Origin: Candidatus Elulimicrobiales bacterium
Lineage (GTDB): Bacteria > Patescibacteriota > Minisyncoccia > Phycocordibacterales > UBA5272
Direction of reading: 5' to 3'
NCBI GenBank assembly: GCA_034927475.1
Contig: JAYFPW010000002.1
Span: 117,003 to 181,002 of the forward strand
Length of the DNA stretch: 64,000 bases
The notes beneath the pieces were generated by a model. It searched no databases. It was given only the letters and a program-made list of their open reading frames with translations, and was not told the DNA's origin. The position numbers and the translations under genes are program-made. Below are positions 1 to 8,771 of this stretch, one piece after another; the stretch's first letter is position 1, and every line of letters starts with the position of its first letter.

Positions 1-3000
1 ACTCAAAATAATCTCTTAAACTCAACTTTTGAAACTCGTTATAAAAACCTAAACGCAAAGCAAAAAGAAGCTGTAGATACCATAGATGGACCAGTTTTAG
101 TCGTGGCGGGGCCAGGAAGTGGAAAGACAGAGCTTCTTTCACTTCGAGCAGCAAATATTTTGAAAGAGACTCAGGCGACTCCTGGAAATATTTTACTTCT
201 CACATTTACCGAAAGTGGAGCAAAGAATATGCGAGAGAGAATAGTCTCTCTTATTGGTGAAGCGGGATATAGAATTGCGATTTACACTTTCCACGCTTTT
301 GCGAGTGATGTGATGAATAAATATGCCGAATTCTTTTTTGATGGAGCTACATTTAAACCAGCAACTGAAGTTGAAAAAATAAATATTATTGAAAAGATTT
401 TGGAAGCATTGCCAAGAGAAAATCTTTTGACCAGCAAACATTCTGAAATGGGCTATACCTATCTTTATGACATCATAGCTTGTATTTCAGCTCTCAAAAA
501 AGGAAATCTTTCCGGAGAAGAATTTAAAGAGAAAATAAAAAGAAATGAAAGCGAATATAAAGAAATAAATGAAAAAGTTGGTGAACTATTTTTAGAAATT
601 GTTGGAAAAAGAAAATTTGATTTGCTCAAGCAAGTTTATTTTCAAATTTATAATGAATTAAATATCTTAGGGCAAAATGATAACAATTCAGCTAAGTTTT
701 TAGCTAATATTTTATCCTTAGAGCTAAAACAAGCCGAAGAACTTGGTAAAGGTAGCAATTTAACTAAATGGAAAGATGATTATTTTGTAAAAGATGAAGA
801 CGGAAAATTTATTGTAAAAGATTCTAGAGATGAAAAAATCAAAAAATGGATGGCTTTAGAAGATGTTTATGAAAAATACAATCAAAAAATGTATGAAGCC
901 GGACTCTATGACTTTGACGATATGATTTTTAAAGTCGGGCGTGAACTTGATAAAAATGAAGCTTTAAGAAATGAACTAGAAGAAAGATTCCAATATATTA
1001 TGATTGATGAATTTCAAGATACTTCAGATTCACAATTTAATCTAGTTTTAAATTTGACCAAAAGTCCAATCAATGAAGGTAGACCAAATGTATTGGCAGT
1101 TGGAGATGACGATCAAGCTATTTTTAAATTTCAAGGAGCAGAGCTGGATAATATTACTAAATTTATCAAAAGCTATAGAGAGGTGGAGCTTATTACTTTA
1201 GATAAAAATTATCGTTCTACTCAAAATATTTTAGATGAAGCGAGAAAACTGATTACTAAAATTGGAGACAGGCTAGAAACTAGATTCCCAGAAATTAATA
1301 AAGAAATAAAAGCCGAAAATGAAAAATTAATTAAAGAGCATAAAGGGGAAATAATTGAAAAGAATTTTGATAATATTCATAGCGAATTTAATTTTGTCGC
1401 CACAGAAATTGATTCTTTAATCAAAAAAGGAATTGACCCAAAAGAAATTAGTGTCATCTCTCGCACTCACGCCAATCTTAAAAATTTAGCCAATATTTTT
1501 AATGAATACAAAATCCCTTATAGCTACGAAAAAGAAGAAAATGTTTTTGATAAAGAAATAATTCGGGAAATAGTTACTTTAGTAGAATTTGCCGAAAGTG
1601 GACTTGAAAATATCAGAGAAGATTTACTTCCAGAAATTTTGTCTTATAAATTTTGGAATTTAGATAGAGTTGAAATTTGGAAAATAGGAGAAGTGGTGAG
1701 AGCTGGAGAAATTACTCTTGGTGAACTTGGAGAAAGAATTTATATTAAACCATCATGGCTTAAAGTCATGCTGGAAAGTAAAAATGAAAAAGTAAAAGAA
1801 ATTGCTAAGTTTTTGATCGGTTTAGTTTCGGAAGCAAAATCTTTACCATTACTTCATTTAATAGATAAAATTATCGGAACTAGGGAATGGGAAATAAATA
1901 GCGACTATGATGATAGTGATGAAAAAGATAAAAAGGAAATAGATTTTATTTCTCCATTTAGAGAATATTATTTTGGAAAAGAAAACTTTGATCACAATAA
2001 ACCAGAATATCTTGATTTCCTTTTTGCACTTCGCACATTTATTGGCTCACTTCGTGAATATAAAGGAGGAGAAATTTTATTTGCTAAAGATTTAAAAGAT
2101 TTTGTAGCTATTTATGAAAATAATGAAAATTTAACTCTTTCTACAATTTCTCCATTTGCGACCAGTGACAAAGCTGTAGTTTTGCAAACAGCTCACAAAA
2201 GTAAAGGATTAGAATATGAATATATTTTTATTTTAAATAGTGATGAAGATGAATGGAATGGAAGAAGGAAAACAAATAAAATTGGTTTGCCAATAAATCT
2301 TCCACTTCTTCCGTCTAGTGACGATATTGCCGATAGGGTTCGTCTTTATTATGTAGCTATGACTAGAGCTAAACACACTTTATATATTACCAATAATAAA
2401 GAAAAGTTTTCTATGCTTTTGGTAGAAAAAGAAGAAAAAGCAAAAAATGAAATGACAGAAAATCTTATCAAGACTTTATATCCAACAGAGAAAAAGCCTC
2501 TTCTGGAAGACGAAAAAGCACTTTTAAAGAGAGTTTTAGAAGATTACAAAATGCCTGTCACTCACTTAATTAACTTCTTAAATATTGGAAAAGTTGGTCC
2601 AGAAAAGTTTTTAGAACAAAATCTTCTTCGTTTTCCTCAAGCTATGAGCCCGTCCAGCATATATGGTTCGGCTATGCATGAAGCACTTCAAAATTACTAT
2701 CTTTATAAAAAGAAATATGATAAAAATCCGGATTTTGATAGAGTTATAAACTTTTTTAGAAATGCTTTGAATAGGGGAGCTTTGGATAAAATTCAATATG
2801 AAAAATATTTTAATTCTGGTGTTAAAAATTTAGAAATCTTTATAGAAAATCTTGAAAGTAAAAAAGAGTTAGGGCAAATAGAAGTAGAAGTTAACTTTGC
2901 AAATGAGGGAGTGTATATTAAAAATGTCCCAGCGACTGGAAAAATAGACAAACTTGTTTTAAATGGAGATTTGGCTTCGGTGACAGATTTTAAAACTGGA

Positions 3001-3387
3001 AAAAGTTTTAAAGATTGGAATGAAGCTAAAAGTAATTATGACAAAATAAAAGTTCACTTCTTTGAATATCAATTAGCTTTTTACGCTTTACTTTTGCGAA
3101 ACTCTAGAAGTTACGAAAAGTTTAATTTTGAAAAAGGAATTATAGAATTTATAGAAGCTGATACAAAAAATAAAATAAATTCTTTAGAGATGGAGGGCGG
3201 AGAAAAATTTGAAGAGCTAGTGAATAGAGTAGAAACTTTAGCCAATATTATTTATGAAAAAATAATGAATTTAGATTTTCCAGATACTTCTTTTTATAAG
3301 CTAAAAGACGACGGAATAGATGAAAAAGAAGTTTCTTTAAAAGATATCTTACAATTTGAAGAAGATTTATTAAGTGGTAAGATATAA
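1..3387 (+). CDS. UvrD/PcrA-family SF1 helicase fused to a C-terminal RecB-type PD-(D/E)XK nuclease (AddA-like). It is 5-prime partial: the frame is open from base 1, and the true N-terminus lies upstream of the window.
   Basis: Translation from base 1 reads ...NAKQKEAVDTIDGPVLVVAGPGSGKTELL, which is the UvrD motif I / Walker A. It has DEFQDTS (motif II) and YRST plus TAHKSKGLEYE (motifs V/VI). The C-terminal part carries GKIDKLVL...VTDFKTGKS, the hallmark D...D-[FY]-K-T of RecB-family nucleases. Confidence 0.8.
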   Translation, partial: TQNNLLNSTFETRYKNLNAKQKEAVDTIDGPVLVVAGPGSGKTELLSLRAANILKETQATPGNILLLTFTESGAKNMRERIVSLIGEAGYRIAIYTFHAFASDVMNKYAEFFFDGATFKPATEVEKINIIEKILEALPRENLLTSKHSEMGYTYLYDIIACISALKKGNLSGEEFKEKIKRNESEYKEINEKVGELFLEIVGKRKFDLLKQVYFQIYNELNILGQNDNNSAKFLANILSLELKQAEELGKGSNLTKWKDDYFVKDEDGKFIVKDSRDEKIKKWMALEDVYEKYNQKMYEAGLYDFDDMIFKVGRELDKNEALRNELEERFQYIMIDEFQDTSDSQFNLVLNLTKSPINEGRPNVLAVGDDDQAIFKFQGAELDNITKFIKSYREVELITLDKNYRSTQNILDEARKLITKIGDRLETRFPEINKEIKAENEKLIKEHKGEIIEKNFDNIHSEFNFVATEIDSLIKKGIDPKEISVISRTHANLKNLANIFNEYKIPYSYEKEENVFDKEIIREIVTLVEFAESGLENIREDLLPEILSYKFWNLDRVEIWKIGEVVRAGEITLGELGERIYIKPSWLKVMLESKNEKVKEIAKFLIGLVSEAKSLPLLHLIDKIIGTREWEINSDYDDSDEKDKKEIDFISPFREYYFGKENFDHNKPEYLDFLFALRTFIGSLREYKGGEILFAKDLKDFVAIYENNENLTLSTISPFATSDKAVVLQTAHKSKGLEYEYIFILNSDEDEWNGRRKTNKIGLPINLPLLPSSDDIADRVRLYYVAMTRAKHTLYITNNKEKFSMLLVEKEEKAKNEMTENLIKTLYPTEKKPLLEDEKALLKRVLEDYKMPVTHLINFLNIGKVGPEKFLEQNLLRFPQAMSPSSIYGSAMHEALQNYYLYKKKYDKNPDFDRVINFFRNALNRGALDKIQYEKYFNSGVKNLEIFIENLESKKELGQIEVEVNFANEGVYIKNVPATGKIDKLVLNGDLASVTDFKTGKSFKDWNEAKSNYDKIKVHFFEYQLAFYALLLRNSRSYEKFNFEKGIIEFIEADTKNKINSLEMEGGEKFEELVNRVETLANIIYEKIMNLDFPDTSFYKLKDDGIDEKEVSLKDILQFEEDLLSGKI

Positions 3388-3470
3388 ATACAAATTCTTG
3401 AAAATTATTTTTTCAAATTGAACCCTGCTTCGCAAAAAATTTTCAAAAACAATTTTCAAACACAAAAAAT

Positions 3471-4352
3471 ATGGCAGATAAATACAAAGCAATTTGGCTC
3501 TCACATTCTTCTTTCAATGACTTTTTGAATTGTCCAAAAGCTTATTATTTAAAAAATGTTTATAAAGATTCAAAATCAAGAAATAAAATTTCTCTTCTTT
3601 CTCCATATACTTCTTTAGGTTCTGCTGTCCATTTATCTTTAGAGACCCTACTTGAGTATCCAGCTGATAAAAGAAAGGATAAATTAGATTCTTTAGAAGA
3701 AAAATATAAAGAGATTTGGGATAAAAATTTTCAAGGTAAAAAAGGAGGCTTCTCAAGTTCTGAAGAAGAAAAAGAGTTTTTTGAAAGAGGGTTAGAAATG
3801 ATAAAAAATATAGAAGAAAATCCAAATTTTTTATTAAATAAAATAATTAAAAGAGAAAGCTATTATAAAGGCGATATTTTGCCAAATTATTTTATAGATG
3901 ATGAAGAGGAAGTTTTACTTTGTGGGGTGCCAGACTGGGTAGAATATTTGGACAATGATACTTTACATGTCATAGATTTTAAAACTGGAAAAAATGAAGA
4001 AAAAGAAGATAGTACTCAGCTTCCAATTTATGTTTTACTTTTAGAAAATTTACAAAAAAGAAAAGTTTCTAAAGCAAGTTATTGGTATTTATTAAAAGAT
4101 AGTGAAGAGAAAGAAAAAGAAATAGACAGAGAAGAGATTGAGGACACAAAAAATAAAATAGTGAAAGCCGGAAAAGAAATTAAAGATTTAAAAAATGAAG
4201 CTTTAAAGAAAGATTGGCGAGAAGTTTTTATTTGTAAAAGGGGAGAGGAAGGATGTATGCATTGTAAAGATTATGAAAAGATTATTTCTGGTGAAGCAGA
4301 ATATGTTGGTAAAGATATTTATGATAAAGACGGATATATTTTAGAGAAATAA
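3471..4352 (+). CDS. Stand-alone PD-(D/E)XK nuclease, Cas4/AddB-nuclease-like (COG2887/PDDEXK_1-like), with a probable 4-Cys iron-sulfur cluster
   Basis: The N-terminus WLSHSSFNDFLNCPKAYYLK matches the start of RecB-family exonucleases. Nuclease motifs GVPDWVEY and HVIDFKTGKN are present. The Cys arrangement is C21 ... C-x6-C-x2-C (FICKRGEEGCMHCKDY). It sits 84 bp downstream of the helicase-nuclease on the same strand. Confidence 0.7.
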   Translation: MADKYKAIWLSHSSFNDFLNCPKAYYLKNVYKDSKSRNKISLLSPYTSLGSAVHLSLETLLEYPADKRKDKLDSLEEKYKEIWDKNFQGKKGGFSSSEEEKEFFERGLEMIKNIEENPNFLLNKIIKRESYYKGDILPNYFIDDEEEVLLCGVPDWVEYLDNDTLHVIDFKTGKNEEKEDSTQLPIYVLLLENLQKRKVSKASYWYLLKDSEEKEKEIDREEIEDTKNKIVKAGKEIKDLKNEALKKDWREVFICKRGEEGCMHCKDYEKIISGEAEYVGKDIYDKDGYILEK

Positions 4353-4354
4353 AA

Positions 4355-4389
4355 AAATCCGTAAACTCTGTGAGCTTACGGATTTTGTT
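4355..4389. terminator. Bidirectional rho-independent terminator between convergent genes
   Basis: A perfect 10-bp inverted repeat, AAATCCGTAA / TTACGGATTT, with an 11-nt loop. It is flanked by an A-run on one side and a T-run on the other. Confidence 0.6.
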
Positions 4390-4522
4390 CGGCATGGTCA
4401 GGATTAGTTTCCTGATTACTTTCATCATTTGTTTTACCGTAAAGAAAAAATAAAACATTGAACGTTACGATAAAGATCACAAAGGCAATGCCCATGATAT
4501 CACCAATAATTTTTGCGTCCAT
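4376..4522 (-). CDS. Candidate 48-aa single-TM peptide MDAKIIGDIMGIAFVIFIVTFNVLFFLYGKTNDESNQETNPDHAEQNP, with a type I toxin-like architecture
   Basis: The ORF lies directly downstream of a consensus-like minus-strand promoter (4561-4589), and its stop codon sits inside the terminator hairpin. It has a hydrophobic helix followed by a polar/acidic tail. It falls below the 60-aa threshold of the ORF track. No SD is present, but SDs are absent genome-wide. Confidence 0.3.
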   Translation of the reverse strand: MDAKIIGDIMGIAFVIFIVTFNVLFFLYGKTNDESNQETNPDHAEQNP

Positions 4523-4560
4523 AATGAAAAAGTTTTAAAGGTTAAAGTTCATCTAACTTT

Positions 4561-4589
4561 AATATATCAACTATATATTATTTTGTCAA
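4561..4589 (-). promoter_or_regulatory. Sigma-70-like promoter on the minus strand, TTGACA-17-TATATT
   Basis: The reverse complement reads TTGACAaaataatatatagttgaTATATT. It points toward the 48-aa ORF and the terminator. Confidence 0.35.
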
Positions 4590-4596
4590 ATTTACT

Positions 4597-6324
4597 CTAA
4601 ATAAAAAGTCTAAAAAGTCTTAAAGTTTGAAAGTCTATATTAATACCGTTTTTATTATTTAAAGTTCTATGTTTTATAGTTAACCCTGTATCTTGTTTCA
4701 AAATCTTATTAATAATTTTAACTTCCTCTTTATTGTATTTTTTTTCTAAATCTTTAAGGATATATTTAATATCTTTTTCATTTATTTCTTTTCCTTCAAA
4801 AAGTTCTTCTATGTGAGAAACTATTGTCCCTAGAGTTAATTTTCTTTCTTTAGCAATTTTTTCTGGAAGTATTTTTTCTTTTATAAAATTCAAAGTAATC
4901 ATAGTTGTTTTAACTTTTTCCTTCTTTTCAAATACTTCTTCTTTTATTTCTATAGTTTCTAAAGTTCCATCACAAGCTAAAAGAAATTCTTCCTGTTTTC
5001 TTTTGAGTTTTATTTTCATCTCTTTATCTATATAGTATTTATCTAAGGCTTGACTTGCTCTTTCAGATTTTGCTCTAAAGATTTTATCTTGCCTGATTAC
5101 CTCTTTATTAATTTTTAAAGCTCTTTCGTGAATACCTAAAAGAGAAATATTTTCAATTTTTCTTACTCGAGATAAGGCTACATATCCCATTCCGCTTCCA
5201 AAAGCTTTAGAGAGATCTATTTCTGCAGCGTCGAGCGTCATACCTTGAGATTTATGAACTGTGATAGCCCAAGCATAGCGAAGTGGAAGCTGTGAAATTT
5301 CTGCTAAGATTTTCCCATCGTCGTTTGCATATTGCCAACTTTCTCTAGAAACAGAGATTTTCCTACCATCAAATGTTTTTACGATAGGCATATTAGAAAC
5401 ATCAAAATCTATAATTTCCCCCAGAGTTCCATTTTGATATTCTCGATTTTTATCATTTTTAACAAAGATTACTTTGGTTCCTTTTTTAAGATTTAAAATT
5501 TCTGGAGCTAAACAATTTTGTTTTAAAATTTCTACAAAATTTTTCTTGCCATCAGAGATGGTCTCGTAAGAAAATTCTGGAAGATTTGTTTCGAGGGCAC
5601 AATATTTTTCATAATTAATAGTATCTACATCGATATTGTGAGTATAAAGTTTTAAGATTTCAGTTTCAGTTTTCTCAGTTATTTGATTATTTAATTTAAC
5701 TAAAATTTTTTCAGTTTCTCTTTCAAAACGAATATCGTTTAAAATCTTGTTTAAAGTCGCGTCTTCTTGCTGACGATAATTTTCTTTTAAATAACAAATG
5801 ACAGGGTTTAATTCTTGCCAAGCTTTAGAGTTGAAAGCAAATTCATGACTTTCATCTGGAAAATCTTCTACTTTGCCATATCTCTTTACAACAGGGGGAA
5901 GTTGAAAAAAATCTCCACAAAAAATAATTTGTATCCCAGCAAAAGGTTTGTCAGAATATTTCAGCTTTTTAAATAAAGTATTTACCATATCAAGTCTTGA
6001 AGCGTGGAGCATAGAAATCTCATCAATAATTAATACTTTTACATTTTCATATCTTTTAAAAAGTTTTTCATTTTGCTCTAGCTTGTCTAGCGTCCAAGAA
6101 TCAAGTTTTTCATAAACTCCAATTCCGCTCCAAGAGTGAATAGTTTGTCCAGCAATATGAGTTGCAGCTATACCTGTAGAAGCTGTGATAGCTGGAGTTA
6201 TAGAATGAGATTTTAAATATTCAATATATTTATTCAAAATATAAGTTTTACCAGTACCAGCAGCACCAGTCAAAAAGACAGAATGTCCCATTTTTAAAAT
6301 ATCCAAAGCTTCTTTTTGAGTCAT
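4597..6324 (-). CDS. Pif1/RecD-family SF1B helicase (AAA_30/Pif1-like) with a C-terminal extension of about 170 aa
   Basis: Walker A FLTGAAGTGKTY; ...LIIDEISML (Walker B/DEAD-like); the C-terminal helicase motif VHKSQGMTLD...ALSRVR. This is typical of Pif1/RecD2. The tail after motif VI (about residues 400-575) has no recognisable domain. Confidence 0.75.
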   Translation of the reverse strand: MTQKEALDILKMGHSVFLTGAAGTGKTYILNKYIEYLKSHSITPAITASTGIAATHIAGQTIHSWSGIGVYEKLDSWTLDKLEQNEKLFKRYENVKVLIIDEISMLHASRLDMVNTLFKKLKYSDKPFAGIQIIFCGDFFQLPPVVKRYGKVEDFPDESHEFAFNSKAWQELNPVICYLKENYRQQEDATLNKILNDIRFERETEKILVKLNNQITEKTETEILKLYTHNIDVDTINYEKYCALETNLPEFSYETISDGKKNFVEILKQNCLAPEILNLKKGTKVIFVKNDKNREYQNGTLGEIIDFDVSNMPIVKTFDGRKISVSRESWQYANDDGKILAEISQLPLRYAWAITVHKSQGMTLDAAEIDLSKAFGSGMGYVALSRVRKIENISLLGIHERALKINKEVIRQDKIFRAKSERASQALDKYYIDKEMKIKLKRKQEEFLLACDGTLETIEIKEEVFEKKEKVKTTMITLNFIKEKILPEKIAKERKLTLGTIVSHIEELFEGKEINEKDIKYILKDLEKKYNKEEVKIINKILKQDTGLTIKHRTLNNKNGINIDFQTLRLFRLFI

Positions 6325-6366
6325 AAATTAAACTCATTTTAACATAATAAAAATAAACACCCAGGA

Positions 6367-6612
6367 TTAAAATTTTGGGTGTTTAAGTAAAAGTTTTTTT
6401 ATTTTTAATATCGAAAGACAAATAAATATAATTGCGGTAAGTAAAAAATAAAAAAAGAAAAATGAGATAGAGAAATTTAAGAAAAGATCCTGTGTTGGGC
6501 GTATTGAGAAAAAATCAAAGAAATCAGCCCACAAAATTAACGTAATAAAAAAAGCCGCAAACGGCATTAAGGTAAATAGTATGAATTTCATACTTGAATC
6601 TAACTTTCTCAT
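6367..6612 (-). CDS. Small 81-aa polytopic membrane protein (hypothetical)
   Basis: The ORF is strongly hydrophobic with 2-3 TM segments. It is divergent from sufB and has a TTGACA-16-TAAACT-like promoter upstream on the minus strand. Confidence 0.35.
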   Translation of the reverse strand: MRKLDSSMKFILFTLMPFAAFFITLILWADFFDFFSIRPTQDLFLNFSISFFFFYFLLTAIIFICLSILKIKKLLLKHPKF

Positions 6613-6676
6613 ATTTTTAAATTTTAATTATAAAGAACATTTTTGAATCTGTATAAGTTTATCACTAATCAAAGTA

Positions 6677-8095
6677 TTGTCAATAAGAGCAAAAATGTGT
6701 TATTTTATACAAATGATTTTTAATCTATTTAAAACTAAAAAAACCACAAATTCTGAAGAAGAAGAAAAAGACTACACTTTTGGTTTAACGGAAGATTTTG
6801 TGCGCGATATATCAAAAGACAAGGAAGAACCAAAATGGATGCTAGAGAAGCGTTTAGAGGCTTTTAGAGCGTATAAAAAGACTCCTTTACCAAATTGGGG
6901 ACCAGATTTATCTAAATTAAATCTAAACGAAATCGTCTACTATATTCCTTCAGATTTAAAAGAACAAAATAGTTGGAGTGAGGTTCCAAAAGAAATTGCA
7001 GAGACTTTTGAAAAACTCGGCATTCCAAAAGCTGAAAAAGAATATTTAGGCGGAGTTGGGGCGCAATATGATTCCGGAGTAGTTTATCATTCCATAAAAG
7101 AGTCTTTGAAGAAACAAGGTGTTGTTTTTGAAAACATGGATACAGCTTTAAAACTTTATCCAGATCTAGTCAAAAAATATTTTATGACAGATTGTATAAA
7201 AGTTGATGAACATAAATTTGCTATGCTTCACGCGGCTTGTTGGAGTGGAGGAACTTTTATTTATGTCCCCAAAGATGTCAAAGTGAAAATGCCTCTACAA
7301 TCATATTTCAGAATGAATAAAGAAAAAGGTGGACAATTTGAGCATACACTCATCATAGCTGACGAAGGAGCTTATGTAGAATACATTGAAGGATGCTCTG
7401 CGCCAAAATATTCTTTCTCCGCACTTCATGCTGGAGGCGTAGAAATTTTTGTCCATAAAAATGCAAAAGTAAAATATTCTAGTATTGAAAATTGGAGTAA
7501 AAATGTTTTTAATTTAAATACAAAAAAAGCTTTAGTTTTTGAAAGAGGAGAAATAGAATGGTTAAATGGAAATACTGGAAGCTCTACCACCATGCTTTAT
7601 CCATCTTCTATTCTTCTTGGAGAATATGCTAGAAGTGAAAGTCTGGGTATTGCTATGGCTGGAAAAGGTCAGAATCAAGATGTGGGAAGTAAAGTGGTGC
7701 ATATTGCTCCAAATACTTATTCGGTTATTAAATCAAAGTCTATTGCAAAAAATGGAGGCATATCTAATTATCGCGGATTTGTAGAAGTAGCAAAAGGTGC
7801 AAAAAATTCTAAGATAGTAGTAAATTGTGACACTTTGATTTTAGATAAAGAATCTAAAGCTTTAGCTATTCCAGTAAATAAAGTTTCAAATCAAGATGTG
7901 GAAATTTCCCATGAAGCAAAAGTTGGTCAACTTTCTGACAAAGAAATATTTTATGCTAATTTGCATGGTTTTGATGAATATGGAGCTCAAAGATTAATTA
8001 TTGGAGGTTTTGCAAATGAAGTTATAAAAAAGCTACCTCTAGAATATGCGATAGAGTTAAATAAATTAATTGATTTAGAAATAGAAGGAATGTAA
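6677..8095 (+). CDS. sufB: Fe-S cluster assembly protein SufB. The true start may be the internal Met near 6713.
   Basis: The conserved SufB N-terminal region EPKWMLEKRLEAFRAYKK and the C-terminal IFYANLHGFDEYGAQRLIIGGFANEV are present. Confidence 0.85.
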   Translation: MSIRAKMCYFIQMIFNLFKTKKTTNSEEEEKDYTFGLTEDFVRDISKDKEEPKWMLEKRLEAFRAYKKTPLPNWGPDLSKLNLNEIVYYIPSDLKEQNSWSEVPKEIAETFEKLGIPKAEKEYLGGVGAQYDSGVVYHSIKESLKKQGVVFENMDTALKLYPDLVKKYFMTDCIKVDEHKFAMLHAACWSGGTFIYVPKDVKVKMPLQSYFRMNKEKGGQFEHTLIIADEGAYVEYIEGCSAPKYSFSALHAGGVEIFVHKNAKVKYSSIENWSKNVFNLNTKKALVFERGEIEWLNGNTGSSTTMLYPSSILLGEYARSESLGIAMAGKGQNQDVGSKVVHIAPNTYSVIKSKSIAKNGGISNYRGFVEVAKGAKNSKIVVNCDTLILDKESKALAIPVNKVSNQDVEISHEAKVGQLSDKEIFYANLHGFDEYGAQRLIIGGFANEVIKKLPLEYAIELNKLIDLEIEGM

Positions 8096-8099
8096 ATAT

Positions 8100-8678
8100 A
8101 TGCAAAAGAAACTCGTCTCCTATGGATTAAAAATAAATACTGATTTTAGTAAAGAAGAAATTAAAAAGAATACTAAAATTATAAATATTGATGAAGCAAA
8201 ACATTTTAAGTTTGAAGAAAAGAATTTTGAAAATGATTTCTTATCGCATACAATTATCAATTTAAATGTTTCTGGTGCAAGTGTAGAATTTATTGGAAGA
8301 TATAAAGCTGAGAAAAGTCTAGTAGATGTTTCTTGTGACGTTAATCATAATGCTGATAATACAAAATCTAGTATAAATATTCGCGGTATCGCTGAAGTGG
8401 AAGGAAAAATTATTTCTCGTTCAAATATATATGTGGCAGAAAATGTAAAAGGTATAGATGGGGAGGAAAAAGTAAAATTCCTTTTTGTAGTAGATGAAGA
8501 CGGTAAAGCAGGGGAAATAGATGCTATTCCAAATCTAGACATAAATAGTCACGAGGTAAAAGTCTCTCACGCTATGAGTATTTCTAAAATAAAAAAATCT
8601 GATATTTGGTATGCGGGACTTCACGGATTTTCTGAAAAAGAAGCGGAGAAAGATTTTATAGAAAGTTTTTTAAAATAA
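8100..8678 (+). CDS. sufD: Short SufD-like protein (SufBD beta-helix C-terminal domain only, 192 aa)
   Basis: The C-terminus IWYAGLHGFSEKEAEKDFIESF parallels the SufB/SufD tail. The gene lies immediately downstream of sufB. It is about half the length of canonical SufD. Confidence 0.55.
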   Translation: MQKKLVSYGLKINTDFSKEEIKKNTKIINIDEAKHFKFEEKNFENDFLSHTIINLNVSGASVEFIGRYKAEKSLVDVSCDVNHNADNTKSSINIRGIAEVEGKIISRSNIYVAENVKGIDGEEKVKFLFVVDEDGKAGEIDAIPNLDINSHEVKVSHAMSISKIKKSDIWYAGLHGFSEKEAEKDFIESFLK

Positions 8679-8771
8679 AAATCAATTTTAGTCAAGTTTT
8701 TAAAAATGTAAGATTTAAGATTTTATGATATTATTTAGAGATAATAATCTTTTTAAAACTCATTAAAAAAT

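Noticed and set aside
7566-7784. A 72-aa ORF nested inside sufB in a different frame
   Set aside because: It lies fully inside a highly conserved SufB coding region and has no independent signals.
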